Source of the DNA: a bacterium
GTDB taxonomy: Bacteria; Electryoneota; JAOADG01
Assembly: GCA_963681965.1 (NCBI GenBank)
Contig: OY820579.1
Span: 1,664,001-1,728,000, forward strand
Direction: 5' to 3'
DNA: 64,000 nucleotides
Shown here: one piece after another, positions 9,188 through 17,021 of the stretch
Layout of the letters: each line of letters starts with the position of its first letter
Numbering within the stretch: position 1 is the stretch's first letter
Notes under the pieces: model-generated
What the model was told of the DNA's origin: nothing
Database searches by the model: none
What the model saw: the letters and a program-made list of their open reading frames with translations, nothing else
Position numbers and translations under genes: made by a program

Positions 9188-11326
9188 CTAGTGTACTTTG
9201 AGTACTTGGATTTTAATACCCTCACCACCAAGATCATCTTGAACCCGGCAAGCGATACTAACAGGTGTTCCGGGTTCCAGATCCTCGAAGGTGTATTCCA
9301 CAGTCAGCTCACCTTCAAAGCCACGCTCACCTTTGCCTTTCTTTTCTTTCCGACAAAGTTGAAACCCTTGTGTCGCTGAGAAGATTCCACCTCGGAAATC
9401 AAAGTCCCATTGCACATTGATTATCTTACCACCCATAACCGAACGTGCCTCCGATACATCGAAGCGATATTTCATGGTGCTTAAACGGGTTACACCAATT
9501 CTGGGAATTTCTGGAGGCAAGATAAAACGGAAGAAATCCTTGTACTTATCGTGTTTTTTCGTGACATGCTTCTTTAGTTCTTCGCCATCCAAAGACCACA
9601 ATTGAAGTTTGATGAACTGAATCGGTTTTTGTTTGCCCATTGCAACAAGTTTGTCGGCATAAGCCCGGGCACTCGGTAGAATAGTCCAACCAATCATAAC
9701 AGCTTGCCGTTCTTCCTGTCTACGGCTTTTCATCACAGCGCTTGCAAAGCCCTTTACGTCATTTGCATTAATCGCGTCCGTTTCCTTTACTCCACCGATC
9801 CAGAGTAATTCTCTCCCTTTCACGCCATGAATATTCGAGTCGGAACCAGTCCACTTCCGAGCACCATAACAAGCTAGAACAAACGCCCGGAATTCATCGT
9901 CACTCAGCTTTGTAAGTCGATCGATCTCGTAGATACCCCAATGCTCTACTGAGTAACCAGTATCCCGTAGGATTGAGGATTCTACAGCTTTCTTCTTAGA
10001 CGCCTCGACACTTGAAAGTGTAGGGTCTTCGATAATAAGACCTAATGGAGTAGAAAGTGTTTCTTCCTTCACTTTCTTTTTGGTTCGTTTTATATCTTGA
10101 AGTGAAGGAGCTAGAAGGCGTGCAATTCGGTCGGCAGTAAGAGCCACAGCCACACGGGATATATCACTTCCGATCCAACGTCTCCCGAGTCGGTGAGCAA
10201 CGGCGCAAGTTGCACCTCCGCCACAGAAGAAATCGGCAACAACATCATTTCTGTCTGTCGTTGCATTGATGATTCTTTCTAAGAGTTGCTCCGGTTTCTG
10301 AGTGGGGTAACCGATTTTTTCAATTGCTTGTGAATTTACTGGAGGTATGTCAATCCAGATCGATCCGACAGGAATCCCTTTAGATTCATCGAGATATCTT
10401 TTATAGGAAGGTTGACCATTTTTTGTAAATACTATACGACCATTTTTTAAGTATTCATCTATTGTCTCTTGTGTCCACTGCCAATGTCTACCAGTGGGTG
10501 GGCTTAAAAGTTGACCATTAAACAATCTAGCTGTTCCTTGTCCCGCTGCAGTAGCATCACCTAATCGGAACCTACGACCATCCGGATCTTCACCCGTATA
10601 ATGACTATCAACATATTTTGAAGTATGTTCACTGTATTGAGGATTGTGTTTTGGCTGTTTCGAATTGGAGTATAAGAAAATTATATCGTGAATATTTGCG
10701 AATCTTCTAGCGTCGCCGTGGATTGAAACTCTTTGCCAAACGATCTCGGTTATGAAATTGTCGTAACCGAATATTTTATCTAGTTCACATTTGACATAAT
10801 GACTCGCATGCCAATCAAGATGAACGTAAATGCTTCCAGTTGATTTGAGAAGCCGTTTCATCTCGTAGAGACGTGTATTCAACCAAATCAAGTAACCGGG
10901 CATTCCCCCTTCCCAGATATCCGAGAATGAACGAATTTCGTTTTTGTCGCCGAAAATGATATTGTAGTTTCGACCGGAAAAGAACGGAGGGTCAATGTAG
11001 ATAAGATCGATGGACTCACTGGGAAGCATTCTCATGACATGAAGATTGTCACCAAAAAAGAGCCGGTTACGACCTTGAGGAAATAGTTCATTAACTTTAC
11101 CGAGGCGCTCGGCTTGGGTTTTTACCACATCTACAACTTGAAAAGGGAGTTCGATACGGGGGTAGTGGTGCTCGAAGCGCCGTTCCGGGTCGTAACCAAG
11201 GGGTATCTCTGCAACTGGTACATGACCGAAGCGAGCCGGAATTTTGAAGAAACCTTTTTGTTCAGGTATCTCTACTGGTGAGATTATAGGTTGTTCCGGG
11301 ACTTCATCATCTAGGGGAGCCGACAT
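9188..11326 (-). CDS. Beta-class N6-adenine/N4-cytosine DNA methyltransferase (type III Mod-like) with long C-terminal extension
   Basis: LIYIDPPF (motif IV) before ADFFCGGG (motif I), YPTQKPE. Start moved from the ORF-track 11398 to ATG 11326, which follows a GAGG RBS. Confidence 0.92.
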   Translation of the reverse strand: MSAPLDDEVPEQPIISPVEIPEQKGFFKIPARFGHVPVAEIPLGYDPERRFEHHYPRIELPFQVVDVVKTQAERLGKVNELFPQGRNRLFFGDNLHVMRMLPSESIDLIYIDPPFFSGRNYNIIFGDKNEIRSFSDIWEGGMPGYLIWLNTRLYEMKRLLKSTGSIYVHLDWHASHYVKCELDKIFGYDNFITEIVWQRVSIHGDARRFANIHDIIFLYSNSKQPKHNPQYSEHTSKYVDSHYTGEDPDGRRFRLGDATAAGQGTARLFNGQLLSPPTGRHWQWTQETIDEYLKNGRIVFTKNGQPSYKRYLDESKGIPVGSIWIDIPPVNSQAIEKIGYPTQKPEQLLERIINATTDRNDVVADFFCGGGATCAVAHRLGRRWIGSDISRVAVALTADRIARLLAPSLQDIKRTKKKVKEETLSTPLGLIIEDPTLSSVEASKKKAVESSILRDTGYSVEHWGIYEIDRLTKLSDDEFRAFVLACYGARKWTGSDSNIHGVKGRELLWIGGVKETDAINANDVKGFASAVMKSRRQEERQAVMIGWTILPSARAYADKLVAMGKQKPIQFIKLQLWSLDGEELKKHVTKKHDKYKDFFRFILPPEIPRIGVTRLSTMKYRFDVSEARSVMGGKIINVQWDFDFRGGIFSATQGFQLCRKEKKGKGERGFEGELTVEYTFEDLEPGTPVSIACRVQDDLGGEGIKIQVLKVH

Positions 11327-11447
11327 TTTTAACCTCTGTGGTCTATGATGAATCAATATACAATAGGTTTCTATTCGATCCTTACAAACAAGTAACAATT
11401 TGTATTCTTCGCTTTATCAATCCCCCTACCCCTAAAATAATGCAATT

Positions 11448-11810
11448 CTAGTACCGACGGTACGAGCGGCGCGGGGGTTCTTTCACGCTAAATTCACGAC
11501 CGGAAGCGATCAAGAATAATATTTTGCTAATGGTCGGATCATCGGAACGATTCGCGATCCGCTTGGTCATCCATTCTGGAAGTGTCCCTTTTATTCGACA
11601 GACCTTCAACTGGTTCAGGTTAATCGAACGGGATAACGAATCTATCAACCACACTGGACAATCACAGACACCACGTTCCACAGAAGAGATGAATTGCTGC
11701 GTTACTTCCAGCTTACGAGCGAGTTCGGCTTGAGTGTAACCGTGATCGATTCTCGCTTTCCGAATCTCTTTCCCGATAAGTTCCCGTGTCGTTTGATCCT
11801 CGGTATCCAT
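11448..11810 (-). CDS. XRE-family helix-turn-helix regulator
   Basis: IGKEIRKARIDHGYTQAELARKLEVTQQFISSVERG. Confidence 0.9.
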   Translation of the reverse strand: MDTEDQTTRELIGKEIRKARIDHGYTQAELARKLEVTQQFISSVERGVCDCPVWLIDSLSRSINLNQLKVCRIKGTLPEWMTKRIANRSDDPTISKILFLIASGREFSVKEPPRRSYRRY

Positions 11811-11856
11811 GCTCTACCCCCTACCACAGTTGAAGTTCACCCTACCTAACAACCAA

Positions 11857-11951
11857 TGAAGGATGAAGGATTCTCGCCCGAATTTCATTAGCACTTTATA
11901 TACCCATTTAAAAAATCCGATGAAAAATAGGTCTAAATCCATCATCCTTCA
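11857..11951. repeat. 16-bp inverted repeat around an AT-rich core; candidate replication origin
   Basis: tgaaggatgaaggatt (11857-11872) and aatccatcatccttca (11936-11951), one mismatch, directly downstream of the primase gene. Confidence 0.55.
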
Positions 11952-11960
11952 CACTGCTTA

Positions 11961-14327
11961 TCAGGTTGACTGCTCCTCCGGTTTATTCAATGGTTTCAGT
12001 TGCAGACCCTTGAAGTAAATACCATCGGCTCTCTTGACCTTGGTGAACCCGTTGATCCTGACCAGACTCATCGAGAATGATTTCGGAGATATGCAAATCT
12101 CACCTTCACCGTACTCAGACTTCCACCATTCTTGAAAAGCAGCAAATAGATCAGCATGAGATACAGATCCTTGTTCGACGGTCTCACAGCATTCCTTCGT
12201 GAAACTGTAAACTTGATCGGTATCTTCCTGCCATGCCCGGGTAGCAAGTTGTACTTGTTCAGGCTCACTACCGAACCCCTTCTCGATGTGGTACTCATTC
12301 AATCCTTGAAGCGCCCACATGAGAACGCCATCCAACTCAGACTCGATGATTCTCTTGTCTAAGTCCATGATACGCTCTTGTTCAGGAATGTGAACCCGGA
12401 ACGGAATCACTCTTGCTCGATCCCAATACGCTTCATCGGCATCTCGCAATCGTGGGAGTTTATTGGTAGCGAACCAGACCTTGAACTGTGGTTTGAAGGT
12501 GAACTCGCGCTCATTCAGATTACGAGCATTGAGTGGATCGTTACCTGTTACTTGCTTGACAGCGTTCACACTCAACTGATACCCTTCATCACATTCCGAG
12601 ATGGTAACCAACCTTTTCCCATGGAGCATAGCTCGCTCTCGCTTCACTTCCAGATCTTTTCGATTGGAGGCAAAGGCTTCGAAACCGACACTCACACTGT
12701 AATCTCCAATGAGAGCCGAGATAACATTCAGGAAGGTAGATTTTCCTGTTGCCGTTTTATTGTCGAATACAAGCCACAGTTTTCGCTTGGGATTACCGCC
12801 CAAAAGCGTGTAACCGACACACTTCTGAACGTATCGAATCAGCTCTGAGTCATTGTTCAACGCATGCTTAATGAATCGTTCCCACTTTGGACACTTGGCA
12901 GAGGGATCATAGCTTCCATTGATACTCTTAGTGATATAATGTTCCCGGTCGAAATCTAATTGTACAAGCGTTCGAAGATCGATTGTACAGTTTCGGCAAG
13001 TAAGCAGGTACTCAATCTTATCGAGTTCTTCCACATTGACAGAAATATCCTCAACGACTCTGCAACTCTTTTCAATGCTAGATAGACCAGAACTCTCGTA
13101 AGCTCGTGTGACTGATTCAAGCAGTTTCTTACGTGTAGATCCGGATAAACTGCAGTATTTGCCAATCGATGATTGAACAAACAATCGCAGAGCAGAAAGT
13201 AGTACTACGTCTTCAACATGCTTCCACAGTTGACCTGTCCAGTGATACCATCGTCCTAGATTCGGTATAAATCGCCAATCCTGACCATGCGCCCCAATAA
13301 AGGCATCGGCAAACCACGCAAGCGGTAACTTCGAGCATTCATCCCAAACCTTCGGATCACGCCATTTAACCTCTTGAATCGATAGACTGGGCAAGGGAAA
13401 GTTCCCTCGATTACAAGCGCGCCTGATCGTTCGTTCCCGATAATCGCGACGTTCCCACTTATCAGCTCGGTACAATCCGGAAGCGTAAAAGACTTGCTCT
13501 ACCCAAGCTGGATCGTCTTTGATTCTAAGTAGCTTCGAACAGAGAGCAAGATCGGCTCGGCTTTCATCGAAATCGTAACGATCAGAGTTCCCTTCCCAGA
13601 GTTCGGTAAATATCTCATCCCGATCTATTGCACGTTGAATAATTCGCTCATCCTGTTCAGAGAGCTTGCGTGGTGTCGCTGTATTCACTTCTGAATGCCA
13701 CTCTACCGACTCGACAATGCTCTCAGTGAAATACTTACTGTGGAGAGTGTCGATTGCCTCCTGACGGGATTCTAGCGTTTTCGGGGTTCCTTCGAGATGA
13801 TTACCCGTTACAATAAAGAAACGACCGGTATCGTAGAACTCAATATCTTTGAAGCCGTATTCTTCCATTCCGTGTTTGTGACTAGTCTTCGTCAATTCAC
13901 CCTTGACTAGAATGTGGAAACCCTTACCGCTCTTCGACCATTCAGTATAACTGTTGGCAGTCTTAATGATCTCCAGCGCTTCGGGGACGATCTCACCGGT
14001 ATCATCCACGCACTTATCAAGATCGATACCGGTTATTCCACACTCTTTAGTAAAGACAAAGCCGATACCATCGAAACCACCTTTTTCATAGGCTCTGAGT
14101 ACTTCAGCATAAGGTTTCCACTTCGAAGGATCATTCACTTTTGCTTTGAAGCCGTTGATTTGATAGGGTGCTTTGTTTCTGTGGAGTACCCAGTTGGGTA
14201 TCTGGGTAAGCTCTTGGGGAATTGGGAGTTGTTGAAAATCAGGTTGTTGTTGATATTTTTCAGAATTTTGGGGATCCCCTCTTGCTTTTGTAGGAGTATC
14301 CACCTTACTTTGTTTTAAGGTTTTCAT
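11961..14327 (-). CDS. NrS-1-like primase-polymerase fused to a D5/P4-family SF3 helicase
   Basis: GIGFVF...GIDLDKC...YTEWSKSGKGFHI...IEFYDTGRFFIVTG (prim-pol); DESRADLAL...DKWERRDY helical domain; ATGKST Walker A, VKQVTGND, FATNKLP. Confidence 0.9.
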   Translation of the reverse strand: MKTLKQSKVDTPTKARGDPQNSEKYQQQPDFQQLPIPQELTQIPNWVLHRNKAPYQINGFKAKVNDPSKWKPYAEVLRAYEKGGFDGIGFVFTKECGITGIDLDKCVDDTGEIVPEALEIIKTANSYTEWSKSGKGFHILVKGELTKTSHKHGMEEYGFKDIEFYDTGRFFIVTGNHLEGTPKTLESRQEAIDTLHSKYFTESIVESVEWHSEVNTATPRKLSEQDERIIQRAIDRDEIFTELWEGNSDRYDFDESRADLALCSKLLRIKDDPAWVEQVFYASGLYRADKWERRDYRERTIRRACNRGNFPLPSLSIQEVKWRDPKVWDECSKLPLAWFADAFIGAHGQDWRFIPNLGRWYHWTGQLWKHVEDVVLLSALRLFVQSSIGKYCSLSGSTRKKLLESVTRAYESSGLSSIEKSCRVVEDISVNVEELDKIEYLLTCRNCTIDLRTLVQLDFDREHYITKSINGSYDPSAKCPKWERFIKHALNNDSELIRYVQKCVGYTLLGGNPKRKLWLVFDNKTATGKSTFLNVISALIGDYSVSVGFEAFASNRKDLEVKRERAMLHGKRLVTISECDEGYQLSVNAVKQVTGNDPLNARNLNEREFTFKPQFKVWFATNKLPRLRDADEAYWDRARVIPFRVHIPEQERIMDLDKRIIESELDGVLMWALQGLNEYHIEKGFGSEPEQVQLATRAWQEDTDQVYSFTKECCETVEQGSVSHADLFAAFQEWWKSEYGEGEICISPKSFSMSLVRINGFTKVKRADGIYFKGLQLKPLNKPEEQST

Positions 14328-14358
14328 TAGAGTGCACCTCTTTTAGATGACCTTGCGT

Positions 14359-14394
14359 ATGCTCATGGTGTGACAGCACTGTGAGCATTTTTTT
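14359..14394 (+). terminator. Plus-strand terminator-like hairpin, antisense to the primase leader
   Basis: atgctcatggtg-tgacag-cactgtgagcat followed by a T run; two G-U pairs form only on the + strand. Confidence 0.5.
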
Positions 14395-14931
14395 CGGCTA
14401 ATCCATTCGAATTGAATTACACCGAAACGAATTACTTTTGTCGATTCAACGACAATCCAAATATAAGGAATATATTTGGAAAATCCAATATATTATTTGC
14501 TTATAAAGTCAATTTTGAGTGATCGTATCGCTTTGAATTATAGTCGAATATAATATTCATATTGATATTAGGATTGGTTGTGAAAATTATTGATTGGCGC
14601 GGTCTATAGGTATCAATTGCAAGATCACAAACAGATTTTTGCACTAAATTGTGACTAGAAAAATACAACTCTTTTCTACTGACTCTCGGAGAGTTTCCAC
14701 GTTCAGAGGTCAGTATTTATCGGGGTGTGTTCTTGTTCGAGTAATCTGACTATTGACAAACTATGCGATTTCCGGGGGGAGATCAAGTCACCAAGATACA
14801 TCGGTAAGTTTGCATTTACTTTTCAAGATAATCGAACAATCGAGGAAGAGTATATCGGTGAATGGCGGGGATAGCTTTCTGTGTAAATTGGAAATGTATC
14901 ATTTCATGTACGTTTGTAGAGAGGATTCGAA

Positions 14932-15144
14932 ATGGGAGTAGTTAATTTTCTTTCCGATAAATCGGGACGTGTTTGGGCAGTACCCACCTCACCTGAAAAA
15001 TCACCTTGGGTTCTTTCCGATCCCAAAGGTGGTAATTGGACTGAAGCACCTCGTTCCAAAGTACCAGAAAAGTTGGTTCCATTAGACTCTAGTGGTACAA
15101 CTGAAGCAACACGTTCATTTGTAGCATACGGATTGCGTTCGTAA
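14932..15144 (+). CDS. Small hypothetical protein (70 aa)
   Basis: ATG preceded by GAGGA; no recognised motif. Confidence 0.5.
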   Translation: MGVVNFLSDKSGRVWAVPTSPEKSPWVLSDPKGGNWTEAPRSKVPEKLVPLDSSGTTEATRSFVAYGLRS

Positions 15145-15277
15145 ATGTCTTTCCATCCAGTTTCTGATCAAGGATAATTTATTTGACCAAATTCTCGTTG
15201 AGTAAATTCTCGGTAATCGATACCCCAAAATGAATCCCAACCTCCCTCTTGACTTTGACTCGGGAATTTTCGAGATT

Positions 15278-15323
15278 AGTGCTAACGGTTCGCACCCAAA
15301 ATTCATCGATACCGTTAGCAGTT
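15278..15323. promoter_or_regulatory. Putative integrase arm-type sites, right (inverted pair)
   Basis: agtgctaacggtt 15278-15290 equals 3952-3964; ataccgttagcagtt 15309-15323 is the reverse complement of 3973-3987. Confidence 0.7.
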
Positions 15324-15394
15324 GTCGCTAAAAAAATCTCTGGAAATCGTTAATTATCAGTAGCTAAGAGGGTGTATCAGCGCTGGCGAATCAA

Positions 15395-15440
15395 AGACTG
15401 TGGATCTGGAGGTCGAGGGTTCAAGTCTCTCCCCCAGTAC
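15395..15440 (+). repeat. attR core (displaced 3' part of tRNA-His)
   Basis: Exact 46-bp copy of 3869..3914. Confidence 0.95.
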
Positions 15441-15441
15441 G

Positions 15442-15480
15442 AAAAAACGGTATTCCCGATTTGGGGATACCGTTTTTTTT
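15442..15480. terminator. Bidirectional intrinsic terminator, probably the original tRNA terminator
   Basis: aaaaaacggtattccc-gattt-ggggataccgtttttttt. Confidence 0.85.
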
Positions 15481-15503
15481 ATTAACTGCCGATATTGCCT
15501 CGA

Positions 15504-16994
15504 TTATTTCGCGAGGATGATTTTCCGCTTTGAAGTAAATTCGCTAGTCGTCAATCGGAGGAAGTAGATCCCGGACGGTTGGTCAAATGCATTCCATGAT
15601 ATTTGTTTCGAACCCGCTTCCTGAGATTCGTCGATTAGCGTCGCAACAATTCGCCCAAGAAGATCGCAAATGGTGATTTTGACCTTCCCTGGTTTCGCAA
15701 TTGAATAGGTTATGTGCGTTGTGGCATTGAAGGGATTCGGATAATTGGATAAAGCGTACTGCGAAACAATCGATGCCGATGGATCGACGATGAATGATGC
15801 CTGCCGACCAATTCCGGTCAAATTTAACGTAAAGACGCTATCAGAAGCATTGTGATGAAAACCGAATAATCCCGATCGCACACCGGTATCCGTCGGAGCG
15901 AATGTGAGAGTGACATTCGCATGACTACCGGCAGCAATCGATGGTGGAAGCGAATCGCATCGGAAGTCCCCGGTAATCGATCCCGCGTTCAGCAATAGCA
16001 CACCTTCGCCGTAATTCGATAGTCGAATCGTGTATTCGATCGAATCACCAATGACCGTAGATCCGAAATTCAATGGATCAGAAAGCACGGCACCGTTCAC
16101 ATCCGACACATCGAAAAGAGGGAGGGGAGGAGGTAGACCGGTTCCTACCAAATTCAGCACAAAGGGACTACCGGGTGCATTTGTGACAAAACCAAAAAAT
16201 CCATCTCACCGAATCGACTCGGCTGGTCGGAATGTCAACGTCACATCCAGATGATCACCGGGAGCAAGCGGACTAGTTATAGCTGAATGATGGAAATCAA
16301 CGGAAATAGTGTCATTCGAGATCGTCAACGCAGCATTTCCGGCATTGGTAAAACGGATCGTGTGATTGACATCAGAACCAATTCGTACCGACCCGAAATT
16401 CACCGGAGTAACAAGCGCGCTGTCGTTGGTTTCAGTGACAATCAAAGCGGGTGAGTTGATGGGGTTACAGATCTGCCAATTAGGGGTAGAAGAATTCGGG
16501 TTGACATGCACATCCCAGATCGAGCCGTCAATCATTGGAGCGAGATACTGACCACCGTCAACATAATGCGAACCGACCGGGAATGGATACGTTGCTCCTA
16601 CATTCACATCTGCCCAGACACGGAAATAGAAATTTTGACCGCCAATCAGAGTAGTATGGGGCGGATTGACTATGATCGAGTTGGTTAAAAAAAGCGCAAA
16701 CAAACCGTCGGCTTCTGTACTTCCACCGACTTGCCAAATAGAGTTGATGACATCTCCGTTACTCGGCGCTCCACGCAAATCGCCAGACATGATTGGGGGG
16801 TGTAGATTATCGTTATTAGGACGGATGATCTGGATCAATCGCCCTTGCGGAACAGGATTATCGTGATACATGATCGTATATAGAATTTCGCCGTTGATAT
16901 CGAAAGTCGCGAAATCGAAACCAACCGGTTGCGCCAAGACCGATCCAATCAGTATCTATTAATTGATCGCAATCAACAACAGGATCTTTTTCAT
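15504..16994 (-). pseudogene. Pseudogene of a secreted protein (shared N-terminal domain, two ASH/choice-of-anchor-D-like Ig domains, T9SS-type CTD)
   Basis: AGGAGG then ATG at 16994; in-frame TAA TAG at 16961-16956 inside the signal peptide and in-frame TGA at 16208-16206. ORFs 16206..16937 and 15504..16160 are in the same frame. Confidence 0.85.
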
Positions 16995-17021
16995 CGTTCC
17001 TCCTGGTCCGTGACAATCCAC

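Larger units (their letters stand above)
3869..15440. mobile_element. ~11.5 kb integrative, satellite-like element inserted in tRNA-His
   Basis: Identical 46-bp direct repeats at both ends, integrase next to attL, primase-helicase, XRE and defence-like cargo; no virion or conjugation genes seen. Confidence 0.93.

Noticed and set aside
11420-11850. CCCTACC-like motifs flanking the XRE gene as operators
   Set aside because: Short, low complexity, not palindromic, and one overlaps the RBS region
15395-15440. Second tRNA-His gene
   Set aside because: Only the 3' 46 nt are present; no D arm or 5' acceptor strand, so it is attR
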